Positions 11,670 to 21,169 are shown, numbered from the stretch's first letter. The stretch: DNA of 64,000 nt from an uncultured delta proteobacterium (GCA_963796055.1 CAWCKH010000004.1:1376001-1440000); one strand, 5' to 3'. The notes: generated by a model not told the origin, from the sequence alone. Program-made: numbers and translations.

Positions 11670-12137
11670 TCAGCGCTCCGTCCCTGGCGGGCGCGTCGAG
11701 GACAGCGCCCGGAGCTGCCAGCCGTGCGGGCCGCGCTCCCAGGTCTCGAGCCAGGCGAAAACGCTGCGCTCGACCGAGCCGTCGGCCACGCTTCGGGTGA
11801 CGACCTCCTTCCGGACGGCGACGGACCCCCAGCTTCCGTCGGCGGAGATCCACACCCGCGGGGGCTCGAGGTCGTCCCAGCGGTCGAACGTCACGCGCGC
11901 GAAGTAGCGGGCGAAGTGCTCCCGCTGCTCGGCCACGCTCAGGGTGTGGATCTCCCCCGAGTCGACGAGCACGAAGCCCTCGGAGGTGAGCGCCGCGATG
12001 CCGTCGGCGTCGCGGGCGAGGTGCGTCTGCCGCTCCAGCGCATGGGCGGCGAGCAATGACCGTCGCGCGTCGTCCGGACCCTGGGCCGCCGGAACGCTGG
12101 CGCAGCCCAGGAGCAACAGGAGTCCGAACATCCGCAT
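11670..12137 (-). CDS. NTF2-like/DUF4440 lipoprotein
   Basis: Lipobox LLLGC; DADGIAALTSEGFVLV...TWERGPHGWQL pattern typical of NTF2-like folds. Confidence 0.7.
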   Translation of the reverse strand: MRMFGLLLLLGCASVPAAQGPDDARRSLLAAHALERQTHLARDADGIAALTSEGFVLVDSGEIHTLSVAEQREHFARYFARVTFDRWDDLEPPRVWISADGSWGSVAVRKEVVTRSVADGSVERSVFAWLETWERGPHGWQLRALSSTRPPGTER

Positions 12138-12203
12138 CGCAGCAGCGATGCTGCCCGAGCACAGCGGGTACCGTCCTTCCGCCTGCTGCACGTGACGACC
12201 GGC

Positions 12204-12854
12204 TCACTGACTGGGCGGACGGACTCCCAGCTGTCGGGCGAGCAGGGCGAGTTGCGTCCGGTTGTCCTGCCGCAGCTTCCGGTAGAGGCTCGAGACGTGG
12301 GCCTTCACCGTGCGCTCGGTGATCTGCAGGCTCGCCGCGATGTCCCCGTTGTCGGCGCCGGCGGCGACCCAGGCCAGGACCTGCCGCTCGCGTGCCGAGA
12401 GTGGCCGGAGCTGCTCGTGCTCGCGCGCCCGGGTGGCCTGGAAGACCGTGCTCAGCATGTGCGCCGAGACCGCGCGCTCGCCCCGGGCCAGCAGCTCGAG
12501 GGTGTGGAGCACGTCGTCGCAGCCGCTGGTGCGCGCGTCGAGATAGGCGGCCGCGCCGGCGCCGATGCAGCGGTCGAGCGCCCCCGGGCCGTCCCCCAGG
12601 GCCAGGACTTGAAGATTGGGGTGGAACTGACGGGCCTCGGCGAGCGCGCCCACCCCGTCGTCGTCATCGACGTCCACGCAGGCGATCTGGGGCTGCTCCT
12701 GCGCCAGCGCGGAGAGGAAGGAGTCGACGCGGGTGTGCCGGCCCACGACGACGTAGCCCGAGTCCTCGAGCACCCGGGACAGTGCATCGCCCCGCAGCAG
12801 CTGGCCATCGAGGAGCGAGACCCGTACCCCGCTCGCCCCCTGTTCCGTCGTCAC
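12204..12854 (-). CDS. NarL/LuxR-family response regulator
   Basis: Degenerate receiver plus LSARERQVLAWVAAGADNGDIAASLQITERTVKAHVSSLYRKL; GGAGG before GTG 12854. Confidence 0.9.
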   Translation of the reverse strand: MTTEQGASGVRVSLLDGQLLRGDALSRVLEDSGYVVVGRHTRVDSFLSALAQEQPQIACVDVDDDDGVGALAEARQFHPNLQVLALGDGPGALDRCIGAGAAAYLDARTSGCDDVLHTLELLARGERAVSAHMLSTVFQATRAREHEQLRPLSARERQVLAWVAAGADNGDIAASLQITERTVKAHVSSLYRKLRQDNRTQLALLARQLGVRPPSQ

Positions 12855-12980
12855 CGCTGTCCTCCGGACCCATCGGAAGCGCCACCGGGTCGCCGGGTCA
12901 GAAGTCAGCACGGTCGCCGGAAGGTCAACCGCTGGTCGGGGCCGGGTGTCCGGAGTCCGTCAGCCCAAGCAGGCAGGCAA

Positions 12981-12994
12981 CCGACCGAAGTCGG
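12981..12994. promoter_or_regulatory. Short palindrome CCGAC-CGAA-GTCGG; possible regulator site
   Basis: Inverted repeat in the divergent gap between the LuxR regulator and the M23 gene. Confidence 0.3.
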
Positions 12995-13039
12995 AGGTGA
13001 AACCACATGGGGGTGGTGCGGTACTGAACAAAACAAACC

Positions 13040-14077
13040 GTGGACAGGTCCGCACCCTTCCTCCTCCTGGCGATCTCGTTCCTTCCCCTTTCCGTCCACG
13101 CCGAATCAGGAATTGCGGTTCCGCCGAGCGCGCCGGATGCGCCGCGGGCCGAGATCCCGCTGTCGGTCCAGCCACCCGAGGTGGGCATCCCGTTCGGCTG
13201 CGGCATGTCGTTCCCGGTCAGCCAGGTGCACAACGTCGGCAGCCACACCGGCAACGATGCCTGGGCCTGGGACTTCCGGATGCCCGAAGGCACGCCGGTG
13301 GTCGCCGCGCTCGATGGCGTGGTGCGGCTCGCCCGTGGGGACAGCGACGAGGGCGGGTGCGATCCGGCGATGGCGCGCAAGGCGAACTACGTGGTCATCG
13401 AGTCGCCGGGGAACATCGAGACTCAGTACCTGCACTTCTCGGCGGTGAGCGTGACCCCGGGGCAGCATGTGCAGCGCGGCGATCTGCTCGGCTACTCCGG
13501 CAAGACCGGATGGGCCTGCGGCGCGCACCTGCACTTCAAGGTCGCGACGCCGGTCTCGGCGGGCTGGAACAACCCGTCGGTCGAGGCGCGGTTCCAGGGC
13601 TGCGGCGACCCGACGCTCGAGACATGGGTCTCGAGCCCGCCGTGCGGCGGGGCGCCGGAGATCGCGACGCAGCAGCCGGCGCCGTTCCCCACCGAGCACA
13701 CCGTCCCGCCCCCGGGCGAGGTCCAGCCGGCGGCGCTCTCGGCGGCGGCGAGCGCAGTGCCACCGTCGCTCGGCGTGGGCGGTCCCGCGCTCGAGGCACG
13801 TCCAACGCCCGGCGGACCGGCACCGGGACCTGCGGTGGCGAAACCTCCCGCGCCGCCGGTCGGGCATCCGCTGTCCGCACGAGGCTCACCGCTCACGCCG
13901 TCGACTCCGCCCGCGCCTGCTGCGGGCCCGCTGGGACCCGGGCTGCAGGCCGCCTCGTCCACGCCGCCGTCGGCGGTCGGCCCTCCGCCGCTGAGCGCGC
14001 CCGCGGAAACGGCCGGGCCGCGGGACACCGAGGCCGAGCTGCTCGACGGCACCGACGTGGTCGCCCCGCATCGCTGA
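13040..14077 (+). CDS. M23 family metallopeptidase with signal peptide and Pro/Ala-rich tail
   Basis: H...D (HTGNDAWAWDF), GTPVVAALDGVV, YLHF, GYSGKTG, GAHLHF. Confidence 0.9.
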   Translation: MDRSAPFLLLAISFLPLSVHAESGIAVPPSAPDAPRAEIPLSVQPPEVGIPFGCGMSFPVSQVHNVGSHTGNDAWAWDFRMPEGTPVVAALDGVVRLARGDSDEGGCDPAMARKANYVVIESPGNIETQYLHFSAVSVTPGQHVQRGDLLGYSGKTGWACGAHLHFKVATPVSAGWNNPSVEARFQGCGDPTLETWVSSPPCGGAPEIATQQPAPFPTEHTVPPPGEVQPAALSAAASAVPPSLGVGGPALEARPTPGGPAPGPAVAKPPAPPVGHPLSARGSPLTPSTPPAPAAGPLGPGLQAASSTPPSAVGPPPLSAPAETAGPRDTEAELLDGTDVVAPHR

Positions 14078-14118
14078 GGGTCCGGCTCCGGTCCCCCTGG
14101 ACGGTCCGAGCCCTGGTC

Positions 14119-15849
14119 TCAGCCCGCACCCTCGCCGGCGGCGACGAGCTGCTTCGCCGCTTGGCGCGGCCCCGCGAGCGCTCGGTCCACCTCGGCGTGC
14201 AGATCCGCGTTCACCCCGTCCACCGCGCGGAGGAAGGCCGCCTCGCCCGAGCGCGCCACCCCGGCGGCGACGCCCGCGAGCGTCAGGCCGGCGATGAGCG
14301 TCCCGGCGACCGTCCACAACAGCGCCAGCACCGCCGCGTTCAGGAAGTAGCCGCCCGGCAGCCACCGTCCCTCCCAGTAGGCCCGCGCCACGCGGTAGCC
14401 CACGTGCCCCACGAGGCCGAGGAGCGGCAGCTGCACCAGCGGAACGAGCAGCAGCCGCGCCCACCGCCACCAGCCCTGCACCGCGCCGTCGAGCATCGGC
14501 CCGGTCACCTCCCGCCAGGCGAGGGCGCGCGCGCCGGCGAGCCGGGCCACCCACGCCGGATGGTCCGGCAGCCCGGTCACCTCGGGCGGCAGCCCCCGCT
14601 CCGCGGCGACCGCCCGGGCCGGAGCCAGCGCCTGGCGGGCCAGTGCGTCGAGCACGCCGTCCGAGGTCGCGACCATCCGCTCGGCCGCGGCCTGGCGCCC
14701 CCGCGACTGCACCTCGTCCAGCACAGCGCCGGTGGCCGCAACCAGCAGCCCCGCCGGGAGGCTCGCCTGCGAGGCGAGGGCCGCACCCGCCAGCCCACCC
14801 GAGCCCCACCCGGAGAGCCGGAGGCCCCAGCCGATGGGCCCGGTGAGCCGCCCCGCCGCCTGCCGCCGCACGCTCTGGCGCAGAAAGCCGCCCGCGCCTC
14901 CGAGCCGTACCCGGAAGTCCTCCCCCAGTGGAGCGCGCACCTCTCCGAGCCCCGTCTCGAGGGCCTTCCTCACCGCGCCCTGCGCCTCCTCCGTCGTCCG
15001 GAGCGCATCACCCACCCGGGTGCGGATCTGCCCCAGCAGCGCCTCGGCGTTGCGGCGCCGCAGCTCCGTCGCCACTCCTGCCTCGGCGAGCGTGCGCAGC
15101 TGTGCCTCCAGCGCCTGCCAGTCGTCGTCGAGCGGCTCCCCGAGCCGCGCCTTCAGCGCGCTGACCACGAAGACCGGCGGCGGCTCGGACAGTCCCAGCT
15201 CCGACTGGAGCACCCGAGCCACCTGCTCCCGGAGCGCCTGGCGTGCCTCGGCCCCGAGCTGGTCGGCGAAGTTCACCACCCCGAGCAGGGCCCGCCGCCG
15301 GGCGAACGGACGCAGCGCCTCGGTGGGCCGGGCCTCCGCCACCGAGCCGCGGTGAAAGACGACCAGTGCCGCGTCCACCTGGTCCAGCACCGCCAGCGCG
15401 GCGTCGGCGTTGGCCCGGGCGACCGAGTTGAGATCCGGCGTGTCCACGAACACCTGCCCCGACCACCCGCTCCCCACTTCGGTCAGGTACCGCACCACCC
15501 GCGGGACCGCCTCGCCCAGGGTGCCCAGGTCGGCATCCGAGGGCGCATAGGCCACGGCCTCGGAGGACGTGGGCCGGTCCACGCCTTCCCGCGCGAGCAC
15601 CGTGCCCGCGAGCGCGTTGAGCAAGGTCGACTTGCCGGCGCCGGTGGAGCCGACCAGCGCGATGCGTAGCGGCCGCTCGGCGAGCGCCCGGGTCCGGGCG
15701 TAGTCCGCTGCGAGCCGCTCCAGAAGCGGCCGGGCGTCGGCCAGTGCCGGCAGCCCGCAGGCCAGCTCCAGCCGGGAGCGGATCAGCTCGGGCTCGGGGA
15801 GCGGCGCGGAAGGCGCCGGGTCCTGCTTCGCACGTCGGAACCACCTCAT
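14119..15849 (-). CDS. Dynamin-like/YfjP-type P-loop GTPase with C-terminal membrane segments
   Basis: G1 GSTGAGKST, G2 RPT, G3 DTPD, G4 NFAD; long helical region; C-terminal TM hairpin. Confidence 0.8.
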   Translation of the reverse strand: MRWFRRAKQDPAPSAPLPEPELIRSRLELACGLPALADARPLLERLAADYARTRALAERPLRIALVGSTGAGKSTLLNALAGTVLAREGVDRPTSSEAVAYAPSDADLGTLGEAVPRVVRYLTEVGSGWSGQVFVDTPDLNSVARANADAALAVLDQVDAALVVFHRGSVAEARPTEALRPFARRRALLGVVNFADQLGAEARQALREQVARVLQSELGLSEPPPVFVVSALKARLGEPLDDDWQALEAQLRTLAEAGVATELRRRNAEALLGQIRTRVGDALRTTEEAQGAVRKALETGLGEVRAPLGEDFRVRLGGAGGFLRQSVRRQAAGRLTGPIGWGLRLSGWGSGGLAGAALASQASLPAGLLVAATGAVLDEVQSRGRQAAAERMVATSDGVLDALARQALAPARAVAAERGLPPEVTGLPDHPAWVARLAGARALAWREVTGPMLDGAVQGWWRWARLLLVPLVQLPLLGLVGHVGYRVARAYWEGRWLPGGYFLNAAVLALLWTVAGTLIAGLTLAGVAAGVARSGEAAFLRAVDGVNADLHAEVDRALAGPRQAAKQLVAAGEGAG

Positions 15850-17615
15850 GCCTCGCCTCCCTCGAGCTGCGCGGCGGCCTTGGAGAAGGTGGCCGCTGCG
15901 CCCTCGGCAGCGGTGACCTGCGCGTCGAGCCGCTGGAGCAGCGGACCGAAGAGCCGCGTCTCGAGCGCCCGGCCGAGCGAGCCGCCATGCTTCTCCGACC
16001 AGGTGCGCACCACCTCGCCACGGACCCCCGTGCCGAGCAGGTCCACAAACTTTTCCAGAAGAGGCGTGGTGAGCAGCGTGCCCACCCACACCACCGCGTC
16101 GTGCCCGATGCCGCCGGTGGCCACCGTCACTGCCGCCGCCGCGCTCGCCGGGACGGAGTAGACCAGCGTCGCCATCGCCTGGATCGCCCCTTCCTCGAAG
16201 CCGCCCGGCAGATGCGCGCGCACCAGCTCGCGGCAGCGCGCCAGCAGCTGCGCCCGGTCCTCCCGCAGGGACGCGTCCTCCACCAGCGGGCCCGGCGACT
16301 GGAGCGCGGCCAGCGTCGGCAGGCCGAGCGCCTCGGCCAGCGCCTCTCGCGTGCCGGTGTCTCCCCGCCAGGCGGCCAGCTCCGGCCCGAGCGCCTCGAC
16401 CAGCTGCCGGACGCCGTCGCGAAGCGCGGCGTCGGTCGCCGCCGCCGCGGTCGCCTCCAGCGCCTCGGGCTGGGGCGGGCTGAACGAGGCCCGGAGCTTC
16501 CGTCCCACCGCGCCCAGCACCGCGGCCAGCCCCCGGAACGGGCGGCGGATCCACCGGTGCACCGGGCTGCGGGCGTCCAGCTCGTCGCGGAAGGCTTCCA
16601 CCAGCACGTCCGCCGGCACGGCGCGCAGCGCAGCCCGGGCCCCCACCTCGGCCAGGCCGTGCCGGATGCGGGTGCGGAGCCGCTCCGGCTCGCTCGCCAG
16701 CGACCGCACCTGCGTGGCCAACGCATTCAGCTCGGCGGCGGCATCCTGGAGCGCCGCGGCCCGTGCCCGGGAGCGGAGCGCCGCGCCGCGCTCGGCGTCC
16801 CCGAGCAGCTCGGCGAGCGCGGGCCCTCCGTCCACCGGCTCGATCGACAGCCCGCGCCGGCCCGCCTCCACCTCGGGGTCATGCGGGCTGCGGTAGCGGG
16901 CGAACGGAGGAGCGCCCACGTCGGAGGCGAGCTTGTCCAGGTGCGCGCGCACCGTCCCCAGCTCTGGCGCCTCGTTGTAGACCACCACCCAGGGTCGGCC
17001 TCGGCCCACCGCCTGCTGCACCACGTCCACCAGCGCGGCGTTCTGGTACGTGTGCCGCGAGACGACGAAGACCACCACGTCCACCGTCACCAGCAGCGCC
17101 TCGCTTCGTAGCCGGTTCTCGCGCACCACGCTGTCGAAGTCGGGCGTGTCGATCAGGACCAGGCCCGCGGGCAAGGTGGTGGTGGAGGTGAGGAAGAGCC
17201 GTCCCGGCGGACCCGGCTCGGTCACCGGCGCCCGGGCCCCGGGTGGCAGCAGCACCACCTCGTAGCGGGCCGAGAGAGCCTCCCGCCCCGGACCGCTCGC
17301 GGTGTCGGGTGTGGCCGCGGCGAGGCACTGCTGGGTGAGACCTCCCTCGGCCCGCGCCGGCGACAGGTGCGCGCCGAGCAGCGTGTTGAACAGCGTGGAT
17401 TTCCCGACGTTGTTCGGCCCGGCCACCGCGACGAGCAGCAGCGGCGCCTCGCTTCCCAGGCGCGGGAGCAGGTCGCGGAGGATGCGGGTGCGTACCCGCC
17501 GTGCCAGCGCCCGGGTCACCGGGTCGGCGGCATCCGGCAGCCGCTCCGCCGCCGCCGCCACCGCGCGCAGCGCGGTCACCAGGGTGTCGGTGTCGGTGTC
17601 GGAGTCGGCGGTCAC
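15846..17615 (-). CDS. Dynamin-like P-loop GTPase (partner of the downstream GTPase)
   Basis: G1 GPNNVGKST, GGLT, G3 DTPDFDS, VVYNE; helical C-terminus with a hydrophobic hairpin; ATGA overlap with the next gene. Confidence 0.8.
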   Translation of the reverse strand: MTADSDTDTDTLVTALRAVAAAAERLPDAADPVTRALARRVRTRILRDLLPRLGSEAPLLLVAVAGPNNVGKSTLFNTLLGAHLSPARAEGGLTQQCLAAATPDTASGPGREALSARYEVVLLPPGARAPVTEPGPPGRLFLTSTTTLPAGLVLIDTPDFDSVVRENRLRSEALLVTVDVVVFVVSRHTYQNAALVDVVQQAVGRGRPWVVVYNEAPELGTVRAHLDKLASDVGAPPFARYRSPHDPEVEAGRRGLSIEPVDGGPALAELLGDAERGAALRSRARAAALQDAAAELNALATQVRSLASEPERLRTRIRHGLAEVGARAALRAVPADVLVEAFRDELDARSPVHRWIRRPFRGLAAVLGAVGRKLRASFSPPQPEALEATAAAATDAALRDGVRQLVEALGPELAAWRGDTGTREALAEALGLPTLAALQSPGPLVEDASLREDRAQLLARCRELVRAHLPGGFEEGAIQAMATLVYSVPASAAAAVTVATGGIGHDAVVWVGTLLTTPLLEKFVDLLGTGVRGEVVRTWSEKHGGSLGRALETRLFGPLLQRLDAQVTAAEGAAATFSKAAAQLEGGEA

Positions 17616-17626
17616 GGGGGCTTTGG

Positions 17627-17635
17627 TGCTAGCAT
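17627..17635. promoter_or_regulatory. Symmetric -10 element (TGCTAGCA); candidate bidirectional promoter
   Basis: The palindrome gives TAGCAT on + and TAGCAC on - within the 28-34 bp gap between divergent genes. Confidence 0.45.
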
Positions 17636-17649
17636 CCCCGAGGGTGTCG

Positions 17650-19632
17650 ATGGCGCCTCGTTCGGGCCTGGTCCTCCTGCCGGACAGCTCCCCCGTGCGG
17701 GACCGGGTGACCGCCGCACTGCAGGGGAGCGAAGTCGCGCTCTGGCCCGCGGGTCAGCTCGCCGAGGCGAGCTACGTCCTGGTGGACCTGACCGCTCCGG
17801 GGGGAGACGCTGCGCTCCGGGCGATCGAGCACGGGGGCGGGCCGCAGGCGGTGATGGTGCTGGTGGACCCAGGCGTGCTGCGTCGCCACTCGGCGGCGAG
17901 CCTGCCGGCCAATTCGCTCCTCGCCATCGGTCAGCTCGAGGCGGAGCTCGGGTGGCGCCTGCAGAAGGCCCAGGAGCGGCATGCGCTCGAGCTCCAGTCG
18001 CGCGCCCAGGAGCGAAGTCTCGAAGCGCTGCTGGAGCTCACCGCGCGCTACGCCGAGTCCACCGACGTCGACGAGCTCCTCCACGACGTGACCCGCCGGC
18101 TGGCGGAGATGCTGGACATTCCCCGGGCGAGCCTGCTGCTCGACGACGGAGCTGGCTCCGCGGTGGTGGTCGCTGCGAGCGACGCACCGGACATCAAGAA
18201 TCTGAAAATCGACCTGGACCGCTATCCCGAGGTCCGGCAGTGCCTGCGCACCGGCTTGCCCACGGTGGTGGAGGACGTCCCGAGCCACCCGCTGCTGGAG
18301 GGGATGCACGAGCGGGTGGTGGCGGCCGGCGTGCGCTCCATCGCCGCGCTCCCCCTGAGCGTCCAGGGGAAGGTGCTGGGGGTGCTGCTGGTGCGCGGCT
18401 CCGGGGCGCGGCCGGCCTTCACCTCGGCCGAGGTGAACTTCCTGGCCACGGTGGGCCACGCCACCGCGGTGGCGCTGCGGAACGCACGGCTCCTCGAGTC
18501 GGTGCGCGGCGAGTCGCAACGGGAGAAGTCGGCCCGGCTCATCGCCGAGCAGAAGGCGGCGGAGCTGCAGCGCTACCAGGCCTTCTTCGCCCACGTCTCG
18601 GAGGGCATCGCCATCCTCGACGGCAACGGGCGGGTGCTGCTGCTCAACCCCGCCGGCGCGACGATGCTCGACGTGGATGCGGCAAACCTCGAGGGCCGCC
18701 ACGTGGAGGACCTCACCGGCGCGCTCGGAGCCGAGGCGCTCACCGCGCTGCTCTGCGCGGTGGCCCGGGGCGAGGTCCAGCGCGACGTGGACGTGCATGC
18801 CCGCACGCCCACGGAGCGGCACCTCACCCTCTCGGTGAGCGGGGCGCCCCTGCGCGAGGGCGACGCGGCAGCGATCCTCAGCTTCCGGGACGTGACCGAG
18901 CCCCGGCGCATCGAGAACGAGCTCCGGCGGACCAAGGAGTTCCTGGAGAAGCTGGTGGACAACACCGTGGACGCGGTGGTGGCCATGGACATGGAGGGGC
19001 GCTTCATCCTCTTCAACAAGGGCGCCGAGGCGCTCACCGACTACAACGCGCACGAGGCGCTGGGAAAGCTCACCGCGATGCAGTTCTTCGTCGGCGATGG
19101 CGTGGGGTCCGAGCTGCTGGAGCGGATGCGCTCCGCCGAGCACGGGGGCCCCGGTCGGCTGGCGCTCACCCGGCAGGAGATCGTCTCCAAGGCCGGGGAG
19201 AAGGTCCCGGTGAACATGACCGGCTCCATCCTCTACGAGGGCTCGCGCGAGGTGGCGATGGTGGGCATCCTCCGCGACCTTCGCGACCGGGTGCAGCTCG
19301 AGCGCAAGCTCTCCGACGCTACCCTGCGGCTGGAGCGAAGCGAGCGGAGCGCGGAGATGATCGCCCTGGCCGGCACCGCGGCCCACGAGCTGAACCAGCC
19401 GCTGACCTCCGTCCTCGGCTACGCCGAGCTGCTCAAGCGGAAGCTCGGGCCCGACGACTACGCCTGGGCCAAGGTGGACATCATCCACAAGGAGGCCGAA
19501 CGGATGAAGGAGATCGTCCGGAAGATCGGCCGGATCACCCGCTTCGAGACCAAGGCCTACGTGGGCGAGGCCCGGATCCTGGACCTGGAACTGGCCTCGG
19601 ACGACGAATCCGCCCCGGCGTCCAAGGGGTAG
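17650..19632 (+). CDS. GAF-PAS-PAS-HisKA(DHp) signalling protein lacking the HATPase domain
   Basis: GAF (SIAALPLSVQGKVLGVL...TAVALRNARL), two PAS domains (NPAGATML; FNKGAEALT) and H-box AAHELNQPLTSVLGY; the protein ends about 75 aa later. An in-frame GTG at 17644 is an alternative start. Confidence 0.85.
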   Translation: MAPRSGLVLLPDSSPVRDRVTAALQGSEVALWPAGQLAEASYVLVDLTAPGGDAALRAIEHGGGPQAVMVLVDPGVLRRHSAASLPANSLLAIGQLEAELGWRLQKAQERHALELQSRAQERSLEALLELTARYAESTDVDELLHDVTRRLAEMLDIPRASLLLDDGAGSAVVVAASDAPDIKNLKIDLDRYPEVRQCLRTGLPTVVEDVPSHPLLEGMHERVVAAGVRSIAALPLSVQGKVLGVLLVRGSGARPAFTSAEVNFLATVGHATAVALRNARLLESVRGESQREKSARLIAEQKAAELQRYQAFFAHVSEGIAILDGNGRVLLLNPAGATMLDVDAANLEGRHVEDLTGALGAEALTALLCAVARGEVQRDVDVHARTPTERHLTLSVSGAPLREGDAAAILSFRDVTEPRRIENELRRTKEFLEKLVDNTVDAVVAMDMEGRFILFNKGAEALTDYNAHEALGKLTAMQFFVGDGVGSELLERMRSAEHGGPGRLALTRQEIVSKAGEKVPVNMTGSILYEGSREVAMVGILRDLRDRVQLERKLSDATLRLERSERSAEMIALAGTAAHELNQPLTSVLGYAELLKRKLGPDDYAWAKVDIIHKEAERMKEIVRKIGRITRFETKAYVGEARILDLELASDDESAPASKG

Positions 19633-19707
19633 GTCAGGGCGGCCGTAGTCGAGGTCCAGGTCAGGGTGTCGTCAGGCGGGCCATAGTCGGCGAGGTCAGG
19701 GCGGCCG
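19631..19707. repeat. Direct repeats AGGTCAGGG(CGGCCG) x3
   Basis: AGGTCAGGGCGGCCG at 19631 and 19693; AGGTCAGGG at 19658. Confidence 0.6.
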
Positions 19708-19781
19708 CACTCAGGTAGGGCCGTGTTGGCCCGCGGACCAAAAATATGGAGAGGTTGCGCGTACTTCCCTACCTTGGATTC

Positions 19782-19812
19782 TTGACAGGTTGCTGAGTGC
19801 GGGACGTAGGAT
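19782..19812 (+). promoter_or_regulatory. Sigma70-type promoter for aglRQS
   Basis: TTGACA (19782-19787) and TAGGAT (19807-19812); the 19-nt spacer is longer than optimal. Confidence 0.45.
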
Positions 19813-19906
19813 GCAACTTCACGTCCACCCCCCTGAACTATCCAGGGTTCCAGCGTGATCCGCCGGTCTTCCGGCCGCGGGCTCGCTGACCAGTACGGAG
19901 GCATCG

Positions 19907-20641
19907 ATGAGCGTGGGGTTCCTGTCCCAACTGACGTTGCTCGCGGCGGAGGCGACCGCCTCGGGCTCCCTCTTCGACCAGATGGCGGCCCGGTTCCGCG
20001 CTGGCAAGGGAGGGATGTACCCCATCGCCGTCTGCGCGGTCGTCGCGCTGGCGATCATCATCGAGCGCTGTGTGGTGCTGTTCTTCTCCGCGCCGATCAA
20101 CAAGGACGGCTTCCTGCGCGGCCTGAAGAAGCACATCTACGCCGGTGACCTGGACAAGGCCATCAACTACGTGGCCGGCCAGAAGAGCACCCCGCTCACC
20201 AACGTGGTGAAGGCGGGCCTGATGAACGTTCCCAAGGGCGAGGACGAGGTCCAGGCCGCGCTCGACGAGGCCAGCCTCCGCGAGACGCCGAAGCTCGAGG
20301 CCCGGACCGGCTACCTGGCCATGCTCGGGAACGCGGCGATGCTCGCCGGACTGCTGGGGACGGTGAACGGGCTGATCCAGTGCTTCGAGGCCGTGGCCCA
20401 CGTGAACCCGGCGGACAAGGCCACCATCCTCTCCCAGGGCATCTCCGAGGCGATGAACTGCACCTTCTTCGGGCTGCTCACCGCCATCCCGGCGCTGATC
20501 ATGTTCTCGGTCCTCAACGGCCGGACCCAGAGCCTGATCAACGACATCAACGAGACCAGCGTCTCGGTGCTGAACCTGGTGGTGAACAACAGGGACAAGT
20601 TCAAGAACCTCACCGTCTCCGCAGGCCGGGATGACGAGTAG
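19907..20641 (+). CDS. aglR: MotA/TolQ/ExbB-family gliding motor subunit AglR
   Basis: Three TM segments; INKDGFLRGLKKHIYAGDLDKAINYV, GLLGTV and GISEAMNCT match myxobacterial AglR as I recall it. Confidence 0.88.
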   Translation: MSVGFLSQLTLLAAEATASGSLFDQMAARFRAGKGGMYPIAVCAVVALAIIIERCVVLFFSAPINKDGFLRGLKKHIYAGDLDKAINYVAGQKSTPLTNVVKAGLMNVPKGEDEVQAALDEASLRETPKLEARTGYLAMLGNAAMLAGLLGTVNGLIQCFEAVAHVNPADKATILSQGISEAMNCTFFGLLTAIPALIMFSVLNGRTQSLINDINETSVSVLNLVVNNRDKFKNLTVSAGRDDE

Positions 20642-20684
20642 CCCTTCCCGCAGTCGCCAACCCTAGAGACCGGAGAGCGCGCAC

Positions 20685-21167
20685 ATGGCCGGCGGGATGG
20701 ACCTGGGTAACGACAAAGGCCCCAAGAAGCCTTTGGATGCCACGATCAACCTGGTCCCCTTCATCGACCTGATGGCAGTGACCATCAGCTTCCTGATCAT
20801 GACCGCGGTGTGGACGCAGATCGGCCGGCTTCAAGTCAGCGGCGGCGGCGGAGATGGCGACCCCACGCCGGAGAAGGACGACAAGACCGTTCCGGTCACG
20901 CTGCTCCTGTCGGAGAAGGACCTCCGGCTCACGGTGGGCACCAGCACCTTCGACCCCATCCCCATCAGCCGGGACGCCAAGCAGCAGATCGACCTCACCA
21001 GGCTCGCCGAGCGCTTCAAGGACGTGAAGGAGAAGCTGGGCCCGGATCAGACGGCGATCACCGTTCAGACCGAGGACGCGGTCCGCTACGAGGACCTGGT
21101 CCACGTGATCGACGAGTGCATCGGCGACGGTTTCCCCTCGGTGTCGGTGGCACCGGTGAGCACCTGA
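20685..21167 (+). CDS. aglQ: ExbD/TolR-family gliding motor subunit AglQ
   Basis: INLVPFIDLMAV places the conserved proton-channel Asp at residue 28, as in AglQ D28. Confidence 0.85.
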   Translation: MAGGMDLGNDKGPKKPLDATINLVPFIDLMAVTISFLIMTAVWTQIGRLQVSGGGGDGDPTPEKDDKTVPVTLLLSEKDLRLTVGTSTFDPIPISRDAKQQIDLTRLAERFKDVKEKLGPDQTAITVQTEDAVRYEDLVHVIDECIGDGFPSVSVAPVST

Positions 21168-21169
21168 CC

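Noticed and set aside
13680..14030. Pro/Ala-rich tail of the M23 protein as a repeat element
   Set aside because: It is a low-complexity linker without a defined repeat unit.
17581..17615. GTGTCG tandem repeat at the GTPase 5' end
   Set aside because: It only encodes a short DTDTDT low-complexity stretch.
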